Part shown: positions 12,849 to 24,024 of the stretch, piece by piece
Layout: every line of letters starts with the position of its first letter
Numbering within the stretch: position 1 is the stretch's first letter
Source: an uncultured Nitrospiraceae bacterium
GTDB taxonomy: Bacteria > Nitrospirota > Nitrospiria > Nitrospirales > Nitrospiraceae
Assembly (NCBI GenBank): GCA_963706325.1
Contig: CAVPLT010000005.1
Location: forward strand, 64,001 to 128,000
DNA: 64,000 bases
Direction of reading: 5' to 3'
Notes under the pieces: generated by a model
Told to the model about the DNA's origin: nothing
The model's database searches: none
Seen by the model: only the letters and a program-made list of their open reading frames with translations
Made by a program: the position numbers and the translations under genes

Positions 12849-13450
12849 AAAGCAACGTTGCCCCCAGGCAGGCCTCGCTTCACCGTGCCACGAAGGAAAC
12901 CGATATTCGCGTCGAATGGACCTTGGACGGGAACGGTCAGGGAAAAGTTGACACCTCCATCCGGTTCTTCGACCATATGCTGGATCTCCTGGCCAAGCAC
13001 GGATTCTTCGACCTGACTGTGCAGGCTAAGGGTGATATCGAAATCGACGAACATCACACTGTGGAAGATATCGGAATCGTCATGGGCAAGGCTCTTCACC
13101 AGGCGCTGGGCGAAAAGGCTGGCATCAAGCGATTCGGCTGGGCGTCGGTTCCGCTGGATGAGACCCTCGCGCAGGTGACAGTGGATCTCAGCGGGCGTCC
13201 CTACCTGGTCTACAATGTGAATTTGCCGGATCGAAAGATAAAAACGTTCGATCTGGGTTTGTTCGAAGACTTCTTTCAAGCGTTTGTGACGCACGGGGGG
13301 CTGAACCTTCACGTCAATCTCCAATATGGACGCAATCCGCACCACATTATGGAAGCCATCTTCAAGGCATTGGCCAAGGCACTTGATCAGGCGACGATGT
13401 TGGATGAGCGCTTGTCAGGGGGCGTGCTGTCCACCAAAGGAAGCCTCTAA
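12845..13450 (+). CDS. hisB: Imidazoleglycerol-phosphate dehydratase
   Basis: DEHHTVED and NPHHIMEA metal motifs. Confidence 0.97.
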   Translation: MKSNVAPRQASLHRATKETDIRVEWTLDGNGQGKVDTSIRFFDHMLDLLAKHGFFDLTVQAKGDIEIDEHHTVEDIGIVMGKALHQALGEKAGIKRFGWASVPLDETLAQVTVDLSGRPYLVYNVNLPDRKIKTFDLGLFEDFFQAFVTHGGLNLHVNLQYGRNPHHIMEAIFKALAKALDQATMLDERLSGGVLSTKGSL

Positions 13451-13534
13451 GCTGAATCGGTTGAGCAAAGGGCGCACCAAGGTCCGCCGTTCACCTACTC
13501 ACCAGAACTCCATGGCTCAACGGCTAACGGTATT

Positions 13535-14143
13535 ATGATTGCCATCATCGACTATGGTATGGGCAACCTCCGAAGCGTTCATAAGGCGTTCGATGCAGTC
13601 GGCCATGAGGCCGTGGTGACACGCGAGGCGCGAATCATCGCAGACGCGAGCCATGTGGTGTTGCCCGGCGTAGGTGCTTTTGGGGATTGTATGGCAAATC
13701 TGGAGCAATACGAGTTGATCGATCCGATTCGCGCGGCAATCCAATCGGGTAAACCGTTTTTGGGCATCTGTCTGGGGCTGCAACTGTTATTCACCGAGAG
13801 TGAAGAATTTGGTACCCACAAGGGCCTCGATATCATTCCTGGCCGGATTAGGAAATTCGCGCTGGATACGACGCTGAAGGTGCCGCATATGGGGTGGAAT
13901 GAAATTGAGATCGTGCGGCCGGCGCCTCCCTTCGGAGGGGTCAAGACCGGCAGTCATTGTTATTTCGTGCATTCGTATTATGTCGAACCAGCTGATGTTC
14001 GTGTGACTGCAGCGATTACAGAATATGGCCACCCTTTTGCCTCGGCAGTGTGGAAAGACAATATCGTTGCCTGCCAATTTCATCCCGAAAAGAGCCAGGC
14101 TATTGGACTTCAGTTCATCAAGAACTTTGGTGCCTGGTCGTGA
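13535..14143 (+). CDS. hisH: Imidazole glycerol phosphate synthase glutaminase subunit
   Basis: PGVG, GICLG, QFHPEKS. Confidence 0.97.
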   Translation: MIAIIDYGMGNLRSVHKAFDAVGHEAVVTREARIIADASHVVLPGVGAFGDCMANLEQYELIDPIRAAIQSGKPFLGICLGLQLLFTESEEFGTHKGLDIIPGRIRKFALDTTLKVPHMGWNEIEIVRPAPPFGGVKTGSHCYFVHSYYVEPADVRVTAAITEYGHPFASAVWKDNIVACQFHPEKSQAIGLQFIKNFGAWS

Positions 14144-14865
14144 GGCCCTCGCATCTGCCTGTTCTGTTGGTTTCGATGGTTGTGTTGCTCTTGGGGGGCT
14201 GTAGCGGAAAAAAAGTTACAACTAAGGCCTCATCCCAGCTGAGTGCATATCACATACGCACGCTCGTTCTCGTCCCATTTGAGACGATGACGACGCCTCA
14301 AGTGATGGAGCCGTCCGGGCCTTCCTTTCCCGTACCGTCCGGCGCACGGCGATCTGATATGTCCATCGCCGTTCCTCCGACAACAGACCGGTATGCGCGA
14401 GAGACCCACCGTGTCCCGTCGGCGGCTGGTGAGAAAATCACGGAGCTCATGTGGAGCAAGCTCAAGGCCCGCGTCGGGCTGCGCGTGCTCTCACCGAAGG
14501 AAGCTGAGGCGGCAACCAAAGAGCTGGCGGGAGGCGCTGCTTCGGAAGCAGTCTCTGCGCAGAAAATTGCTCAACGTCTTGGTGCCGATGCGGCATTAAG
14601 TGGAAAAGTGCTGGTGTATCAGGAACGTGTCGGCAGCCGCCTAGGAGCGGATCCTCCCGCGGTCGTGGGGTTTGAGGTAAAGTTGGTGGCTCCCAATGGG
14701 ACCCTTCTATGGGAGGGCAACTACTATGAGAAGCAACGGCCGATGACCGAAGATTTTGTGGGTTTTATCCAGCGGTACGGGATGTTCGTGACCGCTGAGG
14801 AGTTAGCGGCCTATGGCGCGGCTGAGTTGGCTGAAGCGGTTCCGATCGGCGGCGCAACCGAGTAG
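14140..14865 (+). CDS. Putative lipoprotein of unknown function
   Basis: GTG overlapping hisH stop (GTGA); hydrophobic signal and lipobox LGGC. Confidence 0.75.
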   Translation: MRPSHLPVLLVSMVVLLLGGCSGKKVTTKASSQLSAYHIRTLVLVPFETMTTPQVMEPSGPSFPVPSGARRSDMSIAVPPTTDRYARETHRVPSAAGEKITELMWSKLKARVGLRVLSPKEAEAATKELAGGAASEAVSAQKIAQRLGADAALSGKVLVYQERVGSRLGADPPAVVGFEVKLVAPNGTLLWEGNYYEKQRPMTEDFVGFIQRYGMFVTAEELAAYGAAELAEAVPIGGATE

Positions 14866-14895
14866 GTTTAATGAGTCTTACGATAAGGTGTGTCC

Positions 14896-15621
14896 ATGCG
14901 TGTCATTCCGGCGATTGACTTGAAGGACGGCCGTTGTGTGCGACTACGACAGGGCGATATGGCCGCCGAAACTGTGTATTTCGAAGATGTCCCGGAGGTG
15001 GCGCGACGTTGGCAACAGCAGGGCGCCGATCTCATTCATGTGGTAGATCTGAATGGCGCTGTTGATGGTACGCCGAAGAATCTTTCGCAGATCGAAGCGG
15101 TCATGAAGACGGTCACCGCGCGGGTTCAAGTGGGGGGTGGCATCCGTACGATCGACACGGTACGACGGTATTTTCAGGCAGGTGTGGCGCGGGTGGTATT
15201 AGGAACGGCTGCGCTCACGAATCGAGCATTCCTGGCGCAAGCCTGTCATGAGTTTCCTGACCGTATCCTGCTGGGCCTTGACGCCCGGGATGGGAAGGTA
15301 GCCGTAAAGGGATGGACCAGCGTCTCTGCGACGAGAGCGATCGACCTCCTCAAAGAACTTGCTGATCATGAACTGGGGGCCGTCATTTATACTGACATCG
15401 CCCGCGATGGGATGTTGAGCGGACCAAATCTGGAGGCCCTGCGGGAAGTTGTCGAGCTGTCATCGTTCCCGGTGATTGCATCTGGCGGCATCACCAGTAT
15501 CGAGGATCTGCAGGCGGTTCAATCGTTCGGTCCGCGGGTGGAGGGGGCCATTGTCGGCAAGGCACTCTATGACGGTAAGCTGGACTATCGCGAGGCGCTC
15601 GCTGCGCTCAGTCAGGGATAG
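14896..15621 (+). CDS. hisA: ProFAR isomerase
   Basis: IPAIDL, HVVDLNGA, QVGGGIR, YTDIARDG, ASGG. Confidence 0.96.
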   Translation: MRVIPAIDLKDGRCVRLRQGDMAAETVYFEDVPEVARRWQQQGADLIHVVDLNGAVDGTPKNLSQIEAVMKTVTARVQVGGGIRTIDTVRRYFQAGVARVVLGTAALTNRAFLAQACHEFPDRILLGLDARDGKVAVKGWTSVSATRAIDLLKELADHELGAVIYTDIARDGMLSGPNLEALREVVELSSFPVIASGGITSIEDLQAVQSFGPRVEGAIVGKALYDGKLDYREALAALSQG

Positions 15622-15647
15622 GCGTGGAGCAACCTGACACGTAGACT

Positions 15648-16418
15648 ATGTTAACCAAGCGCATCATTCCCTGTTTGGACGTCAAAGACGGCCGGGTCGT
15701 TAAGGGGGTGGGTTTTGTCAACTTGTGCGATGCAGGCGATCCGGTGGAAGTGGCCGGCATCTACGACCGTGAAGGCGCGGACGAGTTGTGCTTTCTGGAT
15801 ATCACCGCTTCGCACGAAAACCGTAAAACCATCATTAATGTGGTGATGCAAACCGCGGCCAGGGTCTTCATGCCCCTGACGGTCGGCGGTGGCGTGCGCA
15901 CGTTGGAGGACATTCGAGTCTTGCTCAACGCCGGGGCCGACAAAGTCAGCATCAATACCACGGCGGTGCAGCGGCCGGAATTCGTCCGCGAGGCGGCGCA
16001 GCGATTCGGCACGCAGTGTATCGTGGTGGCGATCGATGCCAAACGGTCGGAACAAAGCGGCCATTGGGAGGTCTTTACCCATGGCGGCCGGAAGTCGACC
16101 GGCCTCGACGCGGTCGAGTGGGCGCAACGCATGAAGCAGTATGGCGCCGGGGAGATCCTCCTGACGAGCATGGATCAGGATGGTCGACAGAACGGGTACG
16201 ATCTAGCCTTGACTGCGGCGGTGTCTGAGCGTCTGACGATTCCAGTGATCGCTTCCGGCGGGGTGGGAACGCTGGAGCATTTGTACGATGGGTTGGTGAC
16301 AGGCAGGGCGGACGCCGTGCTGGCCGCTTCGATTTTCCACTTTGGGACTCATACCATTCAGCAGGCGAAGACCTATTTGCGCGAACGGGGCGTGCCGGTT
16401 CGGTTGGGGCTGGCGTAA
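15648..16418 (+). CDS. hisF: Imidazole glycerol phosphate synthase cyclase subunit
   Basis: [26 protein letters not shown]. Confidence 0.97.
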   Translation: MLTKRIIPCLDVKDGRVVKGVGFVNLCDAGDPVEVAGIYDREGADELCFLDITASHENRKTIINVVMQTAARVFMPLTVGGGVRTLEDIRVLLNAGADKVSINTTAVQRPEFVREAAQRFGTQCIVVAIDAKRSEQSGHWEVFTHGGRKSTGLDAVEWAQRMKQYGAGEILLTSMDQDGRQNGYDLALTAAVSERLTIPVIASGGVGTLEHLYDGLVTGRADAVLAASIFHFGTHTIQQAKTYLRERGVPVRLGLA

Positions 16419-17108
16419 ATGGAACAGGACGTGATGCAGACGGTCAGTCGAAGCATAACATTTGATGGGCAAGGGCTGATTCCGGCTGTGATTCAGGACT
16501 GGCTCGACGGCACCGTGTTGATGGTGGGCTATATGAATCAGCAGGCCGTTGTCAAAACTCTTCAAACGCGCTCGGTTCATTTTTGGAGCCGTTCACGCCA
16601 CAAATTATGGGAAAAGGGCGAAACATCAGGTCATTTCCTGCGTGTGAAAGATCTGTTCGTCGATTGTGATCGCGATACGATTCTTGTGAAGGCTGAGCCG
16701 GCTGGCCCAATCTGCCACACCGGCGAGCGGTCCTGTTTTTTTTCCCGACTCGATGACGAGGGCCTCATCGAAGATGCCACGACGAAGGAGGCCTGGGGCA
16801 GCATCTTGGAAGGCGTGCTTCGCACCATAGGCCAGCGAAAAAGCCATCCGCAGTCTGGTTCTTATACGACCAAACTTTTCGAAGGCGGCCACGACAAGAT
16901 ACTCAAGAAAGTAGCCGAGGAAGCAGGGGAAGTTCTGCTTGCGTCCAAGGGCGGAAAGCGCGAAGAAATCATCTACGAAGTAGCGGACCTGTTCTTTCAC
17001 ACACTCATGGTCTTGGGTTATCACGACATCGCCTTGCAGGACATTTACCAGGAACTGGGAAAGCGTTTCGGCAAGTCTGGGCTGCGCCAGCCATCAGAAG
17101 GAGCCTAG
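16419..17108 (+). CDS. hisIE: Bifunctional PR-AMP cyclohydrolase / PR-ATP pyrophosphatase
   Basis: WEKGETSG, DCDRD, CHTG..SCF, then KKVAEEAGE and EVADL. Confidence 0.95.
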   Translation: MEQDVMQTVSRSITFDGQGLIPAVIQDWLDGTVLMVGYMNQQAVVKTLQTRSVHFWSRSRHKLWEKGETSGHFLRVKDLFVDCDRDTILVKAEPAGPICHTGERSCFFSRLDDEGLIEDATTKEAWGSILEGVLRTIGQRKSHPQSGSYTTKLFEGGHDKILKKVAEEAGEVLLASKGGKREEIIYEVADLFFHTLMVLGYHDIALQDIYQELGKRFGKSGLRQPSEGA

Positions 17109-17109
17109 C

Positions 17110-17454
17110 ATGAGTGCCTGTATTTTTTGCCGCATTGTCGATGGCGACATTCCTGCGAAAGTTGTGCATCAGGATGCGCAGGTCTTGGTCTTTGAAGACC
17201 TGAATGCCCAAGCGCCGGTGCATCTTTTGGTAATCCCTAAGCGCCATGTGGGGTCCGTCCAGGACTGTCAAGGGGAAGACGCGGCGCTGCTCGGGCATCT
17301 TCTGCTGACCTGTTCGAAGGTGGCGCGGATGAAGAATCTAGCACAGTCCGGCTATCGGATCGTGACCAATACTGGAGCGGATGGCGGGCAGTCCGTCCCT
17401 CATCTTCATTTCCATGTGGTTGGTGGAAGGCCTATGGGGTGGCCCCCAGGATAG
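17110..17454 (+). CDS. Histidine triad (HIT/Hint) nucleotide-binding protein
   Basis: CIFC, HLHFH triad, WPPG end. Confidence 0.93.
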   Translation: MSACIFCRIVDGDIPAKVVHQDAQVLVFEDLNAQAPVHLLVIPKRHVGSVQDCQGEDAALLGHLLLTCSKVARMKNLAQSGYRIVTNTGADGGQSVPHLHFHVVGGRPMGWPPG

Positions 17455-17471
17455 CGGGCTGCGTTCCCTGA

Positions 17472-17508
17472 TTGACACTTGTGTGAACCGTTTGTTAGTC
17501 TAAACGGT
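17472..17508 (+). promoter_or_regulatory. Putative sigma70 promoter of dnaG-rpoD with overlapping inverted repeat
   Basis: TTGACA-N18-TAGTCT with TGn extension; ACCGTTT-N8-AAACGGT flanks the -10. Confidence 0.5.
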
Positions 17509-17588
17509 CAACTTTCAATCGAATTTAAAGTATTTCCGACCAAGCCTTCTGGATGGTTGGATCCCTGCGGGTGCAAGCGAGGACCGCC

Positions 17589-19433
17589 GTGGGCCAAGGC
17601 CTGATTTCGGACGACGTCATCAACCAAATCAGAGACCGGGTGGACATCGCGGAGATTGTCGGCCAGCATGTTGCGTTGACCAGGGTTGGCCAGAATCTTA
17701 AAGGGTTGTGTCCGTTCCATCAGGAGAAGTCTCCCTCTTTCACGGTCAGTTCTTCGCGACAGATCTTTCACTGTTTTGGGTGTGGAGCCGGTGGCAACGT
17801 GTACACGTTTCTCATGAAATTGACGGGGGCCGGCTTCCCTGAAATTGTCCGTGATCTCGGGCGCAAAGCGGGAGTGGATGTTCCTGAATTGACCGGTGGT
17901 TATTCCAATCATGAACGAACGCAGCTCGGACGCTTAGAGCACCTCAATGCCGCGGCCGGGGTTTGGTACCAGCGGATGTTGAGGGACGAGGCGGGAGGAG
18001 CTCATGCCCGGGCCTATCTCGATGGGCGAGGCATCCACCGCGATACGACGGAGCAGTTCCAATTGGGGTATGCGCCGCCTGAGTGGGATGGGCTCACCAA
18101 AGCCATGTTGAAAGCAGGCTTCGCTTCTGAAGACCTTGTCGCGGCGGGTTTATCCGTTCCGCGAGATCAGGGTGCGCAGCAGAGAGGCGTCTTGGCCGGA
18201 CACTACGATCGCTTTCGTTCTCGGTTGATGTTTCCAATACTTGATTTGCGTAAGCGAGTCGTGGGATTCGGCGGGCGTATTCTTGGGGAGGGGACGCCGA
18301 AGTATTTGAATTCACCTGAGACCCCACTTTTCAAAAAAGGACAGACGCTGTTCGCGATGGATGCGGCTCGTGAAGCGGCTGGGCAGCATCAGACCTTAAT
18401 CATTGTCGAAGGGTACTTCGACGCAGTCGCGTTGCATCAAGCCGGTATTCGTCATGTGGCCGCTACCTTGGGCACGGCCTTGACGTCAGACCACATCACG
18501 GTCATCAGAAGGTTTGCCTCCAATGTCGTGCTGCTGTTTGACCCAGACCAGGCTGGAGTGCGCGCTGCGCTCCGGACGCTCGACTTGTTCGTCAACAGCG
18601 GCCTCAGTGTGAAGGTGGTGTCGTTGCCACAGGGAGAAGATCCCGACACGTACATTCGGCAACACGGAGCCGAAGGATTTACCGCACTGCATCGTGCAGC
18701 GCCCAGCCTGTTAGATTTTGCGGTAGAACACAGCCTACGAACAGCCGAATCTGGAACGATTGAGGATCGCATTAGGGCGGTGGATGCCGTATTGCGCATT
18801 CTTCAGAAAAGCGCGCATCCCATAGAGCGAGAAGAACGAATTCGGCTCGTGGCAGAACGGTTGGGACTTAGCCAACAACGATTGATTGATCGTTACCCGA
18901 CTCTCGCGTCGGAAGATCAACGACGGAACCCCGTACGGATTTCAGCCTCGGATTCTACCGCTCCGACAAAACCAAAGGCCAATCCTGAAGAGCGCGATTT
19001 GGCGCATCTCTTGGTGCAAGGGAGTCTGTCTCCTGCAGATCTTCGAGCATTGACGCCGGACGCATTTTCGACTTTGGCTTACAGCCGGCTCATTGCCTGT
19101 GCCCTGCGCCATCTCGGAGAGGATGGGCGGGTTTCCGTACAGCAGCTGCAAAACGACCTCATTAATGATCAGGAATGTGGTCCGCTGGTCACGGAATTGT
19201 CGATGCTGGAGCAGCACTACGATGATGTCCCGGCGCATATTGCCGGATGTTTGGAAATGCTCGAACGCAGAGGGCGCGAGCGGTGTTTGGGCGCACTCAT
19301 TCAAGAACTAAAGGCGGCAGAACGTGAGCGGCGAGAGGATGATGTACATCGCCTGAACAGACAGATTAACGATATGCGGATTCGGAAAGCCGGCGTGACG
19401 CCGGTTGCGCTGACGTCTGCGGTGAAGGAGTAG
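17589..19433 (+). CDS. dnaG: DNA primase
   Basis: CPFH...CFGC zinc finger, [22 protein letters not shown]; start at GTG. Confidence 0.97.
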   Translation: MGQGLISDDVINQIRDRVDIAEIVGQHVALTRVGQNLKGLCPFHQEKSPSFTVSSSRQIFHCFGCGAGGNVYTFLMKLTGAGFPEIVRDLGRKAGVDVPELTGGYSNHERTQLGRLEHLNAAAGVWYQRMLRDEAGGAHARAYLDGRGIHRDTTEQFQLGYAPPEWDGLTKAMLKAGFASEDLVAAGLSVPRDQGAQQRGVLAGHYDRFRSRLMFPILDLRKRVVGFGGRILGEGTPKYLNSPETPLFKKGQTLFAMDAAREAAGQHQTLIIVEGYFDAVALHQAGIRHVAATLGTALTSDHITVIRRFASNVVLLFDPDQAGVRAALRTLDLFVNSGLSVKVVSLPQGEDPDTYIRQHGAEGFTALHRAAPSLLDFAVEHSLRTAESGTIEDRIRAVDAVLRILQKSAHPIEREERIRLVAERLGLSQQRLIDRYPTLASEDQRRNPVRISASDSTAPTKPKANPEERDLAHLLVQGSLSPADLRALTPDAFSTLAYSRLIACALRHLGEDGRVSVQQLQNDLINDQECGPLVTELSMLEQHYDDVPAHIAGCLEMLERRGRERCLGALIQELKAAERERREDDVHRLNRQINDMRIRKAGVTPVALTSAVKE

Positions 19434-19435
19434 GT

Positions 19436-21244
19436 ATGCCGAAACAAGAATTACTCGGCGAGGTGAAGAAGCTCATTAATCTCGGAAAAGAGAAAGGCTT
19501 CCTTACGTACGACGATTTGAACAGCACGTTGCCGGCGGATGTCGTTTCGTCGGACCAATTCAGTACGATCATGACGATGTTCGGCGAAATGGATATCGAA
19601 ATTGTGGAATCGGCCGAAACGGAGCGCACTCCAAAGGCTGCTGCCGATGGGGAAGAAGCGATTGAAGAAACCGAAGAAGGGGAGGTTCCGGAGGAGAACG
19701 AAAAGGAGATCGATCTCACCCCCGGAGCGCTCAGCCGAACCGACGATCCTGTCAGACTGTATCTGAAGGAAATGGGCAGCGTGGCGCTGCTGAGCCGAGA
19801 GGGCGAGATTGAGATCGCCAAGCGAATCGAGGAAGGCAAGAAAGATATTGCCACGGTTGTCTATGGGTTGCCGATGACGTTGGAGTTCGTCCTGACCCTT
19901 CGAGATCAGTTGAAAAATGGCAAGATCGATGTGCGCGAGATCGTGCCGGTGGTTGAAACGGAAGAAGACTTTGAGGAAGAGGCCGTCGAAAAAGACTACG
20001 AAGAATTGAGGGTGAAGACTTTGGACTCATTGAATGCGGTCCGTAAGGTCTCCGCGTCATTGAAAGATTTGTACGACAAGGCTCGTCAGGCGGGGGCTGA
20101 CCCCGAGAAGTTGAAACGTTTGCGCAAGCAAATCGATACGGTGCGTGGGCAGGTCGTCGACAAAATGGAATCGGTCAATTTGCACGGGGTCCTGAAAGAC
20201 CGGATGACGCAGCGGGTCCGCGACCTGAATCTGCTCTTTCGGCAGGCGGAACGTGAAGTGACCAGTTGCCAACGCCGTTTGGGCGTGGGCGGCGAAGCCG
20301 GCGCGGAGCTTCTCCGGCGATTGTGCCGAACCCACAAGGATGTCCTGGCTGTTAAGCGCAGGACAGGTGTTTCCGAAGAGGTATTGCAAGATATCAAGAA
20401 GCACTATCAGGCAGTCAAAGGCCGGATTCGGCAGCTCGAAAACGAAGAAGCGCTGGTTTCAGCTGAAGAAATCAAAGATGCGGTCAAGCATCTCGACGTC
20501 GCTGAAGAAAAGGTCAAGCGGGGCAAGGCCGAACTCGTCGAAGCCAATCTTCGTTTAGTGGTCAGTATCGCGAAGAAATACACGAACCGCGGGTTGCAGT
20601 TCCTGGATTTGATTCAGGAAGGCAATATCGGTCTGATGAAGGCGGTCGACAAATTCGAGTATAAGCGTGGGTACAAATTCAGCACCTACGCAACCTGGTG
20701 GATCAGGCAGGCTATTACCCGTGCCATTGCGGACCAGGCTCGCACCATCCGCATTCCGGTTCATATGATCGAAACGATCAATAAGCTGATCCGTACCTCG
20801 CGCCATTTGGTACAGAAATTGGGGCGGGAACCGACTCCGGAAGAAATCGCAGAACGCATGGATCTGCCGCTCGACAAAGTTCGAAAGATTCTGAAAATCG
20901 CGCGCGAACCGATTTCTCTTGAAACTCCGATCGGTGAGGAAGAAGACAGCCATTTAGGGGATTTCATTGAAGACAAAAAGGCAGTATCTCCGTTGGAAGC
21001 GGCCATTCGCTATGACTTACAGCGCCAAATCAACGGCGCACTGGAAACGCTTACTCCCAGAGAGGAAAAGGTTTTGCGTAAACGGTTCGGCATTGGCGAG
21101 GCCACCGATCATACGCTCGAGGAGGTGGGACAGGACTTCGAGGTGACACGCGAACGCATCCGGCAAATTGAGGCTAAAGCGTTGCGGAAACTTCGGCATC
21201 CGAGCCGTAGCAAAAAACTGCGCAGTTTTGTCGAGAGTCTCTAG
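19436..21244 (+). CDS. rpoD: RNA polymerase primary sigma factor
   Basis: Region 1.1, [37 protein letters not shown]. Confidence 0.98.
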   Translation: MPKQELLGEVKKLINLGKEKGFLTYDDLNSTLPADVVSSDQFSTIMTMFGEMDIEIVESAETERTPKAAADGEEAIEETEEGEVPEENEKEIDLTPGALSRTDDPVRLYLKEMGSVALLSREGEIEIAKRIEEGKKDIATVVYGLPMTLEFVLTLRDQLKNGKIDVREIVPVVETEEDFEEEAVEKDYEELRVKTLDSLNAVRKVSASLKDLYDKARQAGADPEKLKRLRKQIDTVRGQVVDKMESVNLHGVLKDRMTQRVRDLNLLFRQAEREVTSCQRRLGVGGEAGAELLRRLCRTHKDVLAVKRRTGVSEEVLQDIKKHYQAVKGRIRQLENEEALVSAEEIKDAVKHLDVAEEKVKRGKAELVEANLRLVVSIAKKYTNRGLQFLDLIQEGNIGLMKAVDKFEYKRGYKFSTYATWWIRQAITRAIADQARTIRIPVHMIETINKLIRTSRHLVQKLGREPTPEEIAERMDLPLDKVRKILKIAREPISLETPIGEEEDSHLGDFIEDKKAVSPLEAAIRYDLQRQINGALETLTPREEKVLRKRFGIGEATDHTLEEVGQDFEVTRERIRQIEAKALRKLRHPSRSKKLRSFVESL

Positions 21245-21396
21245 GCCTTTCGATCGGGTGCCGTTTGACTCTGCCTGACCGGCAGCCTAAAATCAGCCGT
21301 CCGAATGGGCATGGAAGAGCCGAGTATGGTATGGTTTGTACGAGTTTCCGTACCGACGGCAGACGAAGATAGACACCGGCCATGGCTCGGAGGGCA

Positions 21397-21473
21397 GGGC
21401 CCATAGCTCAGGTGGTTAGAGCGGCTGACTCATAATCAGCTGGTCCTAGGTTCAAGTCCTAGTGGGCCCACCA
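21397..21473 (+). tRNA. tRNA with CAT anticodon, probably tRNA-Ile2 (lysidine)
   Basis: GGGCCCA/TGGGCCC acceptor stem, CTCATAA loop, GGTTCAA T-loop, encoded CCA; location after rpoD and lack of the initiator GGG/CCC anticodon stem favour Ile2. Confidence 0.9.
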
Positions 21474-21558
21474 GCCTGAGTTCCGTGAGTTCTTCACGAA
21501 GTCGCCTGTGCGAGAGGTGTCGTGTGACGATACTGTCGCGCATACCATAAGGAGCCCG

Positions 21559-22332
21559 TTGAACCTACAGCTCTCCCCTCTCATAGAATTGCAGAAAATC
21601 GATCTCCGGATCGTCGAACTGAAAGAGCAGCGGCGAAAAATACCAGAACGGCTGGAAGTGAACGAAGCTCCCCTCCGCGAAGCGAAGAGGGTGTTACAGG
21701 AAGCATCCGCTTCTGCCGAAGTACTGATCAAGGAGCGACGCAGCCACGAAAAAGACCTCGAGGCGCATGAAGACCGCATCGACAAGATGAAAGACCGGGC
21801 CGCGCAACTCAAAACCAATCAAGAATATCAAGCGCATCTCTTCGAGGTAGAGTTGGCCAACAAGAAGAAAGGCGAGATCGAAGAGAAAATCCTGCTGGCG
21901 ATGGAGCAGATCGAGCAGACCCAGCGGGTCATGGCGGATGCGCAGGCGAAGCTGAAGGACTCAGAGGCCGTGTTCACGAAGGAGAAGGCGACACTGGACG
22001 CGCGAGATCAGGCCCTCTCCGTGGAACTGGCGGACTTGGATGCTCGGCACACAGTGTTGGCGGGACGCGTGGAGAAGGTACTTCTGGCGCGTTATAATAA
22101 GTTAAAGACGACAAGGAAAGATCAAGCCTTGGCACTGTTGAAGGACGGCATTTGTTTGGGCTGTCGGCTACAACTTCCACCACAACTGGTATCTCAGGTC
22201 AAACGGGCGCAAGACGTACATACTTGTCCCTACTGCTACAGAATGCTGTATTGGGAAGGGGAGCCGGGCACTGAGGTGAAGGGAACCGCCGCCTCAGACC
22301 AGGCGAATTTTGAAGTCGGAGAATCAGTTTAG
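21559..22332 (+). CDS. Coiled-coil C4-type zinc-ribbon protein (DUF164-like)
   Basis: AAGGAG RBS then TTG; long coiled coil, CLGC...CPYC.R.LY. Confidence 0.88.
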   Translation: MNLQLSPLIELQKIDLRIVELKEQRRKIPERLEVNEAPLREAKRVLQEASASAEVLIKERRSHEKDLEAHEDRIDKMKDRAAQLKTNQEYQAHLFEVELANKKKGEIEEKILLAMEQIEQTQRVMADAQAKLKDSEAVFTKEKATLDARDQALSVELADLDARHTVLAGRVEKVLLARYNKLKTTRKDQALALLKDGICLGCRLQLPPQLVSQVKRAQDVHTCPYCYRMLYWEGEPGTEVKGTAASDQANFEVGESV

Positions 22333-22895
22333 GCCTCGCCCAGCACCTGCTTCGTCGTTCTGAAGTGCAGCTTCGCGACCGTGCCCAGTCGGTCCTGCCC
22401 ATACTTTTTGATCACCATCCTCCCTGCAAGCTCCACGGCGGGGAAGCCCCCTTGGGCAATGTGGTTTTCAGCTCCTGAGAGAGATTGTGTAGGCGTTGAA
22501 GGAAATCCGCGCGGGCCAGGATCGAGGCGGCGGCCACGGCTACATCGCAGCCTTCGGTCCTTGAACTAATGTGATTTGCTTGCCCTTGTCCTGGAGCGCA
22601 TTCAAGATGAAGCGCTCATCGCCGAATTGATCTGCAATGGCGAGGTCGCTATCGACCTGTTGAAGCAGGCTTTCAAGTGCTCGCGCATGGCCCAAGTCAA
22701 CAGCCGATTCAGATTCTTTATTTGCTATACAATGCATTGTGCCGCTGTGGTCCAATGACGACGATGCTGTGGGGGACAGAGCCGGCGGATCTCCGGAGCC
22801 ATTTCTAATATCCGTCCATCCAATATTTTTTGGCTACCCCGTACCCGCAGGAGGGCGAGTTCCCATTGCCGGATTCATCGATCCCGATACGGCTC
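22329..22895 (-). pseudogene. rnhC: Ribonuclease HIII pseudogene
   Basis: Minus-strand fragments in shifting frames: RIGIDESG, NLNRLL.W.HARALE, AIADQFG, DVAVAAASILAR, LPKGAS, AKLHFRTT; several frameshifts and an internal deletion. Confidence 0.85.
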
Positions 22896-23010
22896 GTGAG
22901 GTAAAGATTGGGTGGGGCAGACACTCGGAGAAGCTCCTAGGTGAAAATGACGGAGTGGCGCGGTGATCCAGCAGAGCTCGTAAAACGGGTCAATTTTGGG
23001 GAGGCAGCGG

Positions 23011-23898
23011 ATGAGGACTCAACCGAATACTGTCATGAAGCGGATGATCAACAGGCCTTCGCCCGTCTGGATGGCGTTGGGTGTCGTGGCCTTGCTGACT
23101 GCGACGGGCTGTCAAACCAATCCGTATACCGGACGTTGGCAACTCATGATGGTACCGATGTCCCAGGAAGTGCAGATGGGCGTGCAGGCCTACTCTCAAG
23201 TGCAGCACGATCCAAAGATGAAGCCGTCGACGGATCCGCGAGAGATCGAGCCGGTGAAGCGGGTGGCGGCGCGGGTGATCGAGGCGGCAAAAAATTCGAA
23301 GTATAGCGACATCGCCAATCAATTCGACTGGGAAGTGACGGTAATCAAGGACGATAAAACGATGAACGCCTTTGCCCTGCCGGGCGGGAAGATCGCTGTG
23401 TATACCGGCATTTTCCCGGTGGCCAAGACTGAGGCGGGACTGGCCGCTGTGATGGGACACGAAGTTGTGCATGCTCTGGCGCGCCACGGTGGTGAACGGA
23501 TGAGCCAAACGACGTTGGCCCAGACAACCCTACAGGTGGTTGGTGTCGCGCTAGGGGTCAGTGGGGCCAACCCCGTTTTGTCTCAAGCGGGCATGGCCGC
23601 GTTGGGAGTTGGAACGCAAGTGGGCGTCTTGCTTCCTTTCAGTCGAAAACATGAATCGGAGGCCGATTATGTCGGTGTGTTGCTTGCGGCCGAAGCGGGA
23701 TATGACCCGCGCGAATCCATTCGACTTTGGACTCGCATGGGGGAATTATCCTCTGGGAAGGAGCCCTCGGAATTCATGTCCACCCACCCCAACCATGAAA
23801 CTAGGATCAAGCAACTGGAGGAGTGGATGAGGGAAGCCATGCCGATTTATGATTCCAAACCTCCCGCTCCAAACGGAGAGCTCCCGATTTTGCGGTAG
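23011..23898 (+). CDS. M48 family zinc metallopeptidase lipoprotein
   Basis: Lipobox ATGC, NAFALPGG, HEVVH, ESEAD, STHP. Confidence 0.92.
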   Translation: MRTQPNTVMKRMINRPSPVWMALGVVALLTATGCQTNPYTGRWQLMMVPMSQEVQMGVQAYSQVQHDPKMKPSTDPREIEPVKRVAARVIEAAKNSKYSDIANQFDWEVTVIKDDKTMNAFALPGGKIAVYTGIFPVAKTEAGLAAVMGHEVVHALARHGGERMSQTTLAQTTLQVVGVALGVSGANPVLSQAGMAALGVGTQVGVLLPFSRKHESEADYVGVLLAAEAGYDPRESIRLWTRMGELSSGKEPSEFMSTHPNHETRIKQLEEWMREAMPIYDSKPPAPNGELPILR

Positions 23899-23982
23899 CG
23901 CTCACTGAGGTACTAGAATCAGCCCTGCATCTATGCCTGGATGTTCTGTACCGGGCGTAGCAGCTCTAGCGGTCTGTGTGTC

Positions 23983-24011
23983 TTGAATACTCCCGTCCTC
24001 GCTCTTATACT
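23983..24011 (+). promoter_or_regulatory. Sigma70 promoter of rnpB
   Basis: TTGAAT-N17-TATACT just upstream of the RNA. Confidence 0.7.
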
Positions 24012-24024
24012 ATCGCTGCGCGCT

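Noticed and set aside
21397..21560. tRNA as an island integration site
   Set aside because: No integrase and no duplicated tRNA 3' end noticed; followed by a core gene
22540..22755. 71-aa minus ORF as an independent gene
   Set aside because: It is one frame fragment of the RNase HIII pseudogene
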